A stretch of 48,785 nucleotides of DNA from a virus (taxonomy: Duplodnaviria; Caudoviricetes): positions 1-48,785 of the IMG/VR virus record IMGVR_UViG_3300025853_000005; one strand, 5' to 3'. The notes under the pieces were generated by a model. The model ran no database searches and had not been told where the DNA came from. It saw nothing but the letters and a program-made list of their open reading frames with translations. The first letter of the stretch is position 1; the number at the start of each line of letters is the position of its first letter. A program made the position numbers and the translations under genes. Positions 9,793 to 17,501 of this stretch are shown piece after piece.

Positions 9793-10062
9793 TTGACATG
9801 GACTTTGGAGGTGTGTATGGTCACGGGTGAGTTAAAAGAAGGAGTGCGGATGCTACCCCCAATTCAGTCAGTTTACAACAGACAAGTGGCCAAATGCCTC
9901 GGCGATATTGCCGAAGTGTATGAGCTTCCGTCTGTGGTAGTAGACCGCATCAAGAAAGCAATCGAGTTTACGTGTAAAGACGTAGACAAATTAAGAAACC
10001 GTAACCCGTATGGAGCTACAAATGGACAAGAAACAAAGCAAGACACCGCAGGAAATCGATAA
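9793..10062 (+). CDS. hypothetical protein (true start probably downstream)
   Basis: ORF upstream of replication genes; GGAG RBS before ATG 9850. Confidence 0.55.
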   Translation: MTWTLEVCMVTGELKEGVRMLPPIQSVYNRQVAKCLGDIAEVYELPSVVVDRIKKAIEFTCKDVDKLRNRNPYGATNGQETKQDTAGNR

Positions 10063-10185
10063 ATACACCGCAATTAGGGATAAATCAGTTGAGTATATGC
10101 GCAGTACTGGCGCATCAGCTAGACAATTATATATCCTTAAATCAACTTGCAACATGATTATCAACGCTATGTTGAGGGGTGAATA

Positions 10186-10917
10186 ATGTCTGGGTGGATA
10201 AAGCTCCACAGGAGCACAACAGAATGGGAGTGGTACAGCGATCACAACACTACGAGACTCTTCATTCACCTCCTAATTAAAGCCAATCACAAGGATGGTA
10301 AATGGCAGGGTGCTGAGATTCCTCGCGGGAGTTTGATAACGGGGGTTGACTCGCTTAGATTGCAAACAGGACTAACTGCGTCCCAGATTCGTACCAGTCT
10401 AAAAAAGTTGAAAAAGACCGGAGAAATCGCAATCAAAACGACAAACAAATACTCAATAATAGAAGTAAAAAAGTGGAAAGAGCATCAGGTGGATGACAAA
10501 CAAGTGACAAACAAATCGCAAACGGATGACAAACAAATCGCAACAAACAAGAATGATAAGAAAGAAAAGAATAACTATGATGGTTTTATTGAGCGGTTCA
10601 ATCATGTCACCGGAAGAAACTATCGAGTGTTGTCCGATAAGGTTGTTGGTGCCATTAACGCTAGATTGAAGGAGGGCTTTACTCTTGAGGATATATTCAA
10701 GGCGGCAGAGAACGCGGCGAACTCAGAATATCACCGCAACAACCCGAAGTATTTATCCCCTGAGTTTATAACAAGAGATACGAAGTTGCAGATGTATCTT
10801 AATGACGATAATGATAGTCACATATTCAAATCCAACGAGAGAGGCCCGTCAGGTGAAGACCTGTGTAACGGTTTAACTTGGAAGCAACACCATGATAAAT
10901 ATGGGGAGCAAAAGTGA
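10186..10917 (+). CDS. replication initiator (lambda O/DnaD-like) with conserved phage C-terminal domain
   Basis: MSGWIKLHRS...WEWY...LFIHLLIKANH; C-terminal FNHVTGRNY...ARLKEG...KYLSPE. Confidence 0.85.
   Translation: MSGWIKLHRSTTEWEWYSDHNTTRLFIHLLIKANHKDGKWQGAEIPRGSLITGVDSLRLQTGLTASQIRTSLKKLKKTGEIAIKTTNKYSIIEVKKWKEHQVDDKQVTNKSQTDDKQIATNKNDKKEKNNYDGFIERFNHVTGRNYRVLSDKVVGAINARLKEGFTLEDIFKAAENAANSEYHRNNPKYLSPEFITRDTKLQMYLNDDNDSHIFKSNERGPSGEDLCNGLTWKQHHDKYGEQK
10440..10551 (+). repeat. iteron-like (G)ACAAACAA repeats; putative replication origin
   Basis: Five ACAAACAA copies inside the initiator gene, two within a longer GACAAACAAATCGCAA repeat; A-rich tract follows. Confidence 0.7.
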
Positions 10918-11804
10918 GCGCACTATCAAAGTATCAAGAAGCGATTACCGAATGTCCCTGCCGTGGAGGTGGTCTTCATCAATACATTCTAAAGATTGCG
11001 AGTTTGGGAGTGTTATCGGAGTTAACCCCGGATCAAATCCTAGCAGACTGCTCTGGATTAGACGGTTTGCGTCCGAACGAGATGGAGCAGGCGATAAACA
11101 AAGCGTTCAAGACGGTTAGTAGTGATTACGAGCCAATTGCACCGCGCCCCATTAGTCGGTTTGCCCCTAAAATGGTGAACGCGCTAGATAGTTTCATCAG
11201 TAAGATTGATGATGGAGTGATTGAGCTGATGGATATGTCACCAATTAGTTTACACGGTGACCCAGACGCAGACGGTGATTTAACTCTACGAACCCTGTAT
11301 AAACCCACCGACTCTCTTTTCATTGGGGATGTTTTTGACCGCGATGTGAAGACGGTTGGTGAGTGGTTAAAGCAACCTTTGGGCAAGTACCCGCACATCA
11401 TTCCAAATCCAATGACTGGTGATGTTGGGATGACCACCGAGGCCAAGATGAGCTACAGATGCGAGCAAACCGTTAAAGAGTTACGGTACGCTGTGTGCGA
11501 AATGGACGAAGTGCCACTAGTCAAGCAGGTGAAATTCTGGATTAAGTGCATTTCAATTGGTGTCCCTGTATCAGCGGTGATACATTCGGGTAGTAAGAGT
11601 CTTCACGGTTGGGTTAAAGTCAACTGCGGTTCGGATGGGGAAAAATGGGAGAAGGATGTTCGAGGTTGGTTGTTTGGGGAGTTCGGGAAGGCGTATGGGT
11701 TAGACCCTGCCTGTTCAAACCGCGCAAGAGTATCAAGGCTTCCGGGACATCAGCGTGAAGGGAAGCAACAACAACGATTATTGTATTTGAATGGAGAAAT
11801 TTAA
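10914..11804 (+). CDS. AEP-superfamily primase (RepB'-like)
   Basis: AVCEMDE, IHSGSKSLHGW, RLPG motifs. Confidence 0.75.
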   Translation: MSALSKYQEAITECPCRGGGLHQYILKIASLGVLSELTPDQILADCSGLDGLRPNEMEQAINKAFKTVSSDYEPIAPRPISRFAPKMVNALDSFISKIDDGVIELMDMSPISLHGDPDADGDLTLRTLYKPTDSLFIGDVFDRDVKTVGEWLKQPLGKYPHIIPNPMTGDVGMTTEAKMSYRCEQTVKELRYAVCEMDEVPLVKQVKFWIKCISIGVPVSAVIHSGSKSLHGWVKVNCGSDGEKWEKDVRGWLFGEFGKAYGLDPACSNRARVSRLPGHQREGKQQQRLLYLNGEI

Positions 11805-12739
11805 TGGGAATTGACGATATTAAAGAGACATTAGCCGCAGAGATGGACAAGGTTAATGTTAGCGATAGTTACAAAACAACTATGGACATTGAGGATGGGT
11901 TGCTCGAGTTGTGGGAGAATCCAGAGCATGAGAAGGGAGATAATCTCAGGTGGGTTAATGTTGAGTTGGCTCTGAAACCTGAACTCTACCTCCTGACGGG
12001 GATACCTAGTAGTGGTAAATCTACATGGTTGGATAATATTATTATTAATTCAGCCCAGATGCACGACTATAAGTGGGCTGTGTTTTCACCTGAGAGCCAC
12101 CCGCTTGAAATGCACATGAAGCAATTAATTGAGATGCACACCTGCACAAACTTCTACGGTGCTTATAATTATCAACGCACAACAAAGGAGGATATTCGGA
12201 ATAGTCTTCGCACACTATCGGATAAAATATTCATGCTGACCCCTTCGGAACAAGACATGAGTATTGAAAGTATTCTCGAATTGATTGAGTATCTTGTGGT
12301 AGAGAAAGGTGTAAATGCCTTTGTGCTAGACCCTTACAACGAGTTTAGCCACACTAGACCAAACGGAATTAGCGAGACGGAATATGTATCAAGGTTCTTG
12401 GGTAGGATTCGAGCATTCATTAACGAGCATAATGTTATGGCGTGGATTGTTGCCCACCCTACCAAGTTACGGAAGGAAGATATTACCCTCCAGAATGGCT
12501 CGAAAGTGTTTGACTATCCGGTTCCAACTGCTTACGATGTTGCAGGATCAGCAAACTTCTTCAACAAACCGGACAATATTGTTGCAGTACATCGGGATAA
12601 GAATATCGAAAGGAACCCAGACAACTTGGTTAGTATTAACATCCAAAAGGTTCGGAGAAAAACAACGGGAAAATTGGGGAGTTATTGGTTGAAGTTTAAT
12701 TTTAACGATGGGACTTTTACATCATGGAGCGGGGAATGA
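11804..12739 (+). CDS. SF4 (T7 gp4/Twinkle-like) replicative helicase without a TOPRIM domain
   Basis: LTGIPSSGKST Walker A, FSPE, VLDPYN, VAHP, GSANF, IQKVR. Confidence 0.9.
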   Translation: MGIDDIKETLAAEMDKVNVSDSYKTTMDIEDGLLELWENPEHEKGDNLRWVNVELALKPELYLLTGIPSSGKSTWLDNIIINSAQMHDYKWAVFSPESHPLEMHMKQLIEMHTCTNFYGAYNYQRTTKEDIRNSLRTLSDKIFMLTPSEQDMSIESILELIEYLVVEKGVNAFVLDPYNEFSHTRPNGISETEYVSRFLGRIRAFINEHNVMAWIVAHPTKLRKEDITLQNGSKVFDYPVPTAYDVAGSANFFNKPDNIVAVHRDKNIERNPDNLVSINIQKVRRKTTGKLGSYWLKFNFNDGTFTSWSGE

Positions 12740-12946
12740 TAATCGGAACCTTCAAAGAGATCACAACAGAGGCGAACTAGAAATGGAGATTAAATATGAA
12801 ATATTCAGAGAAAGACATTCGTGAAAAAATACAAGAACTAAGAAACTCCGACTTGCGCCAAAACCAAGTTGATATACTTGATGATTTGGATTTCACAATA
12901 TCACAGGTAATCAAAGAAATAAAAGGTTAAGCACAAAGGAGCAGAC

Positions 12947-13279
12947 ATGAGAAACGAAGATCAGATTAAAGCGATGGCGGCGGCGGATGGGTATGAGTAC
13001 CGACAAGGGCGTGATTGGCTTATGAATAGTCGTTGGCATAAAAACGATATAGAAATCCCTGACTTTTTACTCCCCGACTACTTCACGGACGCAAACCAGA
13101 TCGACCGCATGGTGCGGAAGTTGGATGAAGTGCATCTCTCAAGATATGAGAACAGCCTTCATGAAATCTTAAATAGGGATGATCCTAATTATGTGCGCTA
13201 TTCGTTCTCTATCTGGAAAGCCACCACCGCCCAAAAGGTGGAGGCGTACTTGAGAGCGATTGGAAAATGGGAGGATTAA
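12947..13279 (+). CDS. hypothetical protein
   Basis: AAGGAG RBS; PDYFTD...ATTAQKVEAYLRAIGKW. Confidence 0.75.
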   Translation: MRNEDQIKAMAAADGYEYRQGRDWLMNSRWHKNDIEIPDFLLPDYFTDANQIDRMVRKLDEVHLSRYENSLHEILNRDDPNYVRYSFSIWKATTAQKVEAYLRAIGKWED

Positions 13280-13280
13280 A

Positions 13281-13619
13281 ATGCCAAGTGGCACGAACAT
13301 AAAAATATTTGCGGCTCGGATTCACAAGAGCAATGCGCGGGATGTTATCGAATCAGCGGAAGAATCAATCGCGCACCTGACGAACAAGTTGGTTGCGATG
13401 GTATGTGCGACCCCTGCGAAATCGGGTGTTGAGGTTCTGGACGAGTTGATTCGGGAGGTCGAAGAGGTTGTTGAGGAGTTGATGCAGGCGAAGTTCAATC
13501 TGGTTTGCGCGAGAAACATCATCCAATTTCCAGAGGATTGCGAGGACGAGTTGGAAGAGTGCGCGGAGTGCGGACAGAATGGCTTTCACAAGATGAGCTG
13601 TGGTAACAAAGGAGCATGA
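13281..13619 (+). CDS. hypothetical protein with C-terminal CxxC-H-C
   Basis: GGAGG RBS before ATG 13281. Confidence 0.7.
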   Translation: MPSGTNIKIFAARIHKSNARDVIESAEESIAHLTNKLVAMVCATPAKSGVEVLDELIREVEEVVEELMQAKFNLVCARNIIQFPEDCEDELEECAECGQNGFHKMSCGNKGA

Positions 13620-13620
13620 C

Positions 13621-13851
13621 ATGGAATACGAAGCTAAAATTACGGAATACACGGTTAAGCCAGTCGAAGAGCAGACGTTCAGCATAAACGCAACGATCAT
13701 TCGGATTGCGGACGAGGGAGCCGGAGAGTTCATCACGCTGAGTCAGGAAACGGATACGAGAGAGAGTATCATCGCGGTTGAGAAGGAGGATTGGGAGCTA
13801 ATCAAGGGAGTGGTTGACGCGATGATGAAGACTGTGGAGGCGGGGAAATGA
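13621..13851 (+). CDS. hypothetical protein
   Basis: AAGGAG RBS; I..DEGAGEFI motif. Confidence 0.7.
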   Translation: MEYEAKITEYTVKPVEEQTFSINATIIRIADEGAGEFITLSQETDTRESIIAVEKEDWELIKGVVDAMMKTVEAGK

Positions 13852-14022
13852 AGGATTACATCAAGATTAAAGTTGACGGTGGGCATGAGGTTGCGATAAG
13901 TTGGGAGCAAGTTGAAGACGACGGTGTGAAGTTCGACGACTTCATGGAGATGCTAGAGGTTGCGATTGTCGCGGCGGGTTGGAGTCAGGAATTGTTTGAT
14001 AAATACATGAGGAGCGAGTAAC

Positions 14023-14940
14023 ATGGCATATTCACTACGTAAGGCGCGGAAAATTCTTAAGTTGGTTAAAGATATCGGTGAGTTCGATGCGTCGATTCAG
14101 CTAAACATCAGCAAGGACTCGGTGAAGCGAGCTTGTCGGTTGGCGGAGGGCGGAACTAAGCCTTTGAAAGTTACAGCGGGTAAGGGATTGCAGGGATACG
14201 TCAACGATGTTAAGCCGAAGTTCCGGTCGGACAATCGACCGATGTGTATCCACCCGGATATTCACGCGCCTTACTCACACCCTGATACCATTGAGTTTTT
14301 GAAGTGGGTTCAGGAGTGGAGAGGTTGCCAAGAACGTGTTGTGAATGTAGGAGACCTTCTGGATTTCCACGCTCAATCGCGGTTTACATCTGAGATTGAC
14401 GCTCATAATGCTGTTGAGGAGTACAAGAAGGCACTTGCATTTGTGGCTGACTACTCGAAAGCATTTCCTCTTGGGGACATGGTGTTAGGGAACCACGACG
14501 CTATCCCGCAGAGAGCGATGAAGGAGCTTGGTTTGCTACCATCAATGCTGAAGGATAGCAACGAACTTTACGGGTTGCCTGAAGGTTGGAATATCCACCC
14601 TCTTTATTATGTCATCGACCCCGATGGGTGGAACGTGCTTGTGGAACACGGGATCGGGAGTGGGGGGCGCTACGGTTGTGCCAACACCGCGAAGGAAAAG
14701 CGTTGCTCTTATGTAATGGGTCATGTCCATTCGGCGGCGGCTGTAATCTATAGCACGAATCATAACAGCACGATCTTTGGCATGAACGTTGGGTGCTTGG
14801 TTGATAGTGGCTCACTAGCCATGAGATATGGGAAGTACGGCATCAAGAAGGGAGTAATCTCTTGCGGTGTTGTGTACGGAGGCTCTCACGCAGAGGTTAT
14901 CACGATGGACACTTGGAAGAATTACAAAAAATGGTTTTAA
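14023..14940 (+). CDS. calcineurin-like metallophosphoesterase
   Basis: PDIH, GDLLD, GNHD, EHG, GHVH motifs. Confidence 0.9.
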   Translation: MAYSLRKARKILKLVKDIGEFDASIQLNISKDSVKRACRLAEGGTKPLKVTAGKGLQGYVNDVKPKFRSDNRPMCIHPDIHAPYSHPDTIEFLKWVQEWRGCQERVVNVGDLLDFHAQSRFTSEIDAHNAVEEYKKALAFVADYSKAFPLGDMVLGNHDAIPQRAMKELGLLPSMLKDSNELYGLPEGWNIHPLYYVIDPDGWNVLVEHGIGSGGRYGCANTAKEKRCSYVMGHVHSAAAVIYSTNHNSTIFGMNVGCLVDSGSLAMRYGKYGIKKGVISCGVVYGGSHAEVITMDTWKNYKKWF

Positions 14941-14943
14941 CGG

Positions 14944-14972
14944 TTGACACTATCGATTAGTTAGTGTATAAA
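14944..14972 (+). promoter_or_regulatory. sigma70-type promoter upstream of the HNH gene and the cassette array
   Basis: TTGACA-N17-TATAAA. Confidence 0.75.
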
Positions 14973-15071
14973 GATAAGTAACGGATTACTCGGGAGTAAT
15001 TAACCGAGGACAGCATAAAGCTCCATGTTTCCGTTATCTTTTTTTAAGGGGCTAAATACGGGAGTAGTACA

Positions 15072-15614
15072 ATGCCAGCAAAAAGACCCAACGAAGTATT
15101 AGAAGACCACGGTGATTGGTTGTTAGTTGATATCTCAACGCCTAAGTTTCCAACGGCCACGATGGCGGTTGATTCCGATGTGTTTAACAAGCATAAAACG
15201 GGCAGACTAACGGCGGTTAGAAAGAATGATCGCAAATCAATGTATGTTCATTACTCAATTAACCACAAAACATACCAGTTCCATAGTGATATCTTAGATA
15301 CCCCAGATGGGATGCAGATTGACCACAAAGAGCACCACAGCAACGACTATGTTGATAATCGTAGAAGCAATCTTCGTATTGTGACCCCCCGCCAAAACAT
15401 GCTTAATCAGGGTTTGATTTCAACCAACAAGAGTGGCGTTACTGGCGTTTATCGCAACAACCGAAACTCTAAGTGGGTTGCTCAGATCAACGTAAACGGG
15501 AAAACGAAACACATTGGAGTGTTTGAAGAGTTAGAGGACGCAAAAGAAGCTAGACATCATGCGGAACAGGAATACTACGGCGAGTACGCCTACAAGGGAG
15601 GAATCCAATGCTAA
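15072..15614 (+). CDS. HNH-AP2 homing endonuclease
   Basis: IDHKEH...DNRRSNLR; SGVTGVY...WVAQI...HIGVF. Confidence 0.9.
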   Translation: MPAKRPNEVLEDHGDWLLVDISTPKFPTATMAVDSDVFNKHKTGRLTAVRKNDRKSMYVHYSINHKTYQFHSDILDTPDGMQIDHKEHHSNDYVDNRRSNLRIVTPRQNMLNQGLISTNKSGVTGVYRNNRNSKWVAQINVNGKTKHIGVFEELEDAKEARHHAEQEYYGEYAYKGGIQC

Positions 15615-15739
15615 CGATGGCTGTGATGATATGGGCGAGGAAGACGGGGGTGGTGATTGACGGAATGGCGAGCGTTTTAGTTGCCGACTGCATCCTCGCT
15701 TGGATTGTGATGAGCGGGTTGGTGAAGATATTCGGGTAA
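15608..15739 (+). CDS. small hydrophobic protein (43 aa; not in ORF track)
   Basis: GGAGG RBS; MLTMAVMIWARKTGVVIDGMASVLVADCILAWIVMSGLVKIFG*; its TAA is part of attC site A. Confidence 0.6.
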   Translation: MLTMAVMIWARKTGVVIDGMASVLVADCILAWIVMSGLVKIFG

Positions 15740-15789
15740 CGACTAAAATGAGCGGTGGCGAAGCCATACGTTCTATTGACTGGTTAGAA
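15734..15789 (-). other. attC-like site A
   Basis: + strand GGGTAAC-GACTAA-AATGAGCG-GTGGC GAA GCCAT-A-CGTTC[T]ATT-GACTG-GTTAGAA. Confidence 0.8.
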
Positions 15790-15801
15790 ATGGAGAAAAT
15801 T

Positions 15802-15987
15802 ATGGATGAACAACTGATTGAAGAATTGAACAACGCTCTGGCCGTTCTGTGGAAGGCTGGCCGGAAAACTGAAACTCTGGTTGATATTAAACAGCTTGAG
15901 AAATCGGCACTGCTTGCGCTCTCGATGGGGTTTAATGCGGAGAGTGACGACGGGATTGATTATGATGCCGCTTATTTCAATTTCTAA
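15802..15987 (+). CDS. cassette 1 hypothetical protein (61 aa)
   Basis: GGAG RBS at 15792; stop TAA inside the core of site B. Confidence 0.7.
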   Translation: MDEQLIEELNNALAVLWKAGRKTETLVDIKQLEKSALLALSMGFNAESDDGIDYDAAYFNF

Positions 15988-16038
15988 CGACTAAAATGAG
16001 CGGGCGTTTTAACGCTACGCTCTATTGACTGGTTAGGA
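15982..16038 (-). other. attC-like site B
   Basis: + strand TTCTAAC-GACTAA-AATGAGCG-GGCGTTTTAACGCTA-CGCTC[T]ATT-GACTG-GTTAGGA; arms near-identical to site A. Confidence 0.85.
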
Positions 16039-16063
16039 TGGCGAAAGAAACTAAAGGAGTATT

Positions 16064-16303
16064 ATGGCACATCACAAACTAAAGATTGCACAACCATACA
16101 TGGATGCCAAGGAGTGCGGAGACAAACCCTTTGAGGTTAGATTTGACGACCGAGGCTTTCAAAAGGGAGACACTATCACCTACACAAAGGATAGTGCTCC
16201 GTTTTTTGAATATGATGGCATTTACGAAATTACCTATGTGACTGGATTCGCTCAAAAACCTGATTGGGTTGTATTTGGTGACAAGATTAAAAAGCCATCC
16301 TAA
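16064..16303 (+). CDS. cassette 2: DUF3850 / ASCH-PUA domain protein
   Basis: HKLKI...GDKPFEVRFDDRGFQKGD...EITYVT...WVVFG. Confidence 0.85.
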   Translation: MAHHKLKIAQPYMDAKECGDKPFEVRFDDRGFQKGDTITYTKDSAPFFEYDGIYEITYVTGFAQKPDWVVFGDKIKKPS

Positions 16304-16384
16304 CGCCTAACATGACTTTCGGTGCGGTCAACCTCGACTACCGCTCCGGACGTTTTCACCGTAAAGTCGATGGACTGGTTATGT
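16298..16384 (-). other. attC-like site C
   Basis: + strand TCCTAAC-GCCTAA-CATGACTTT-CGGTG...CACCG[T]AAAGTC[G]ATG-GACTG-GTTATGT; canonical extrahelical G and T. Confidence 0.9.
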
Positions 16385-16401
16385 GAACATTGGAGAACCA
16401 A

Positions 16402-16623
16402 ATGACTAAGATTGATCTGTTAAATATGATGAAGAAATTCACCGTTGATTACCGCGAAAGCGCAAACACTTCGATTAAGCGAAACAACCACATGAACAAC
16501 GCAACGGGAGCTGAAATTGCACAGGAAGACGTTGACGCTCTTCTCGTTGATTTCATCAATTACGTTGGAGTCAAGCAAGGCGTTGATTATGCGCTATACG
16601 CTTCGGATTTAAAATCCACATAA
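16402..16623 (+). CDS. cassette 3 hypothetical protein (73 aa)
   Basis: GGAG RBS; RNNHMN...DALLVDFINYVG...GVDYALY; stop inside the core of site D. Confidence 0.8.
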   Translation: MTKIDLLNMMKKFTVDYRESANTSIKRNNHMNNATGAEIAQEDVDALLVDFINYVGVKQGVDYALYASDLKST

Positions 16624-16670
16624 CACTTAGATCACCTGCCCGAAGGGTCTGGTGCATCGCATGGTTGGAA
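16618..16670 (-). other. attC-like site D
   Basis: + strand ACATAAC-ACTTA-GATCACC-TG-CCC GAA GGG[T]CT-GGTG[C]ATC-GCATG-GTTGGAA. Confidence 0.85.
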
Positions 16671-16685
16671 AATTAAGGAGATGGT

Positions 16686-16859
16686 ATGAACTTCAACGAG
16701 TTAATGAGAGTTGTGCGCAAGACGAACCCGCAGATGGAATCCGGTCGGGTGTCGATGAGTGCGGAGAACTTCGAGAAGGCGATGCGATTCGCGTTTGAGA
16801 AGGGGGAGTCGGCGGGGCGCGGTCTTGAGATGTTCAACGGGTTGTTTGGAGGCGGGTGA
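16686..16859 (+). CDS. hypothetical protein (57 aa; not in ORF track)
   Basis: AAGGAG RBS; MNFNELMRVV...GLFGGG*. Confidence 0.6.
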   Translation: MNFNELMRVVRKTNPQMESGRVSMSAENFEKAMRFAFEKGESAGRGLEMFNGLFGGG

Positions 16860-17035
16860 TGAGCAACGAATACAAAGATTGGATGCGGGAGAATCGGCAA
16901 GACGCGCTCTTGATCATTGACAAGTTGGATGATGTGATTGATTCGCTCGATGAATTGCGGAGTTACGATTGCTCGCAACAGATAATCATGCAGTTGATGA
17001 TAGCGCGGGAAGCGTTGAGGGAGGAGTCGAAATGA
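16859..17035 (+). CDS. hypothetical protein (58 aa; not in ORF track)
   Basis: GGAGG RBS, TGATG overlap; MSNEYKDWMRE... Confidence 0.6.
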   Translation: MSNEYKDWMRENRQDALLIIDKLDDVIDSLDELRSYDCSQQIIMQLMIAREALREESK

Positions 17036-17178
17036 TTAGCGTAATTGTTAATGGTGAGTGGTTGGAAATCCGGCACATCGATGTCGAGGGCAAGACTATG
17101 GTTGTGAGGAGCGTAAAGATTTAGCGGAATGAACCGCTGATAGAAAATAAAGGAGTCCTAAAAGACTGTTTTACTGTG

Positions 17179-17216
17179 AACCCCGCCACTCTTAGCAGAA
17201 CATGGCGGGGTTTTTT
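17179..17216 (+). terminator. rho-independent terminator
   Basis: CCCCGCCA...TGGCGGGG stem followed by a T run. Confidence 0.8.
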
Positions 17217-17350
17217 ATGTACTACCCTCTAAAACGCACAGAACACACCCTTAGATGGCGAGAGCCCATTCATATGGTATATGAGTCACATCATCGAGCA
17301 ACGCGCTTAAAACGGTAAATACGCCCATTAAAAATAATTAAACTTTTTTG

Positions 17351-17379
17351 TTGACAATAACGCTCGTGTAATGTAGATT
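17351..17379 (+). promoter_or_regulatory. sigma70-type promoter of the HNH gene
   Basis: TTGACA-N17-TAGATT, AT-rich upstream. Confidence 0.65.
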
Positions 17380-17501
17380 ACGTGGAGATTCAAAAAAAAA
17401 ACGTTCGTTAGATGGACTGAATAATAAATTTTAGCACACCTTGATTCGACTAATCTAACTAGTCGGGTTGAGGTGTTGTTATTTACAGGAGTTAGATTCC
17501 T

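Larger units (their letters stand above)
15734..16670 (-). mobile_element. integrase-less array of integron-type gene cassettes (four attC sites, three complete cassettes)
   Basis: Four AAC...GTT imperfect hairpins with attC geometry alternate with single ORFs; the two ends of each cassette are complementary. Confidence 0.85.

Noticed and set aside
15609-15724. TGCTAAC...GTTGGTG as a fifth attC site
   Set aside because: The L boxes do not pair convincingly, and the stretch reads as a 43-aa ORF with a GGAGG RBS.
15700-15801. N-terminal extension of the 95-aa ORF in the track
   Set aside because: It runs through attC site A and overlaps the 43-aa gene; the RBS supports a start at 15802.
15734-16670. 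CRISPR array or simple terminators as an explanation of the repeats
   Set aside because: The intervening DNA is 190-260 bp and carries whole ORFs, the repeats vary in length, there are no U tails, and no cas genes are present.
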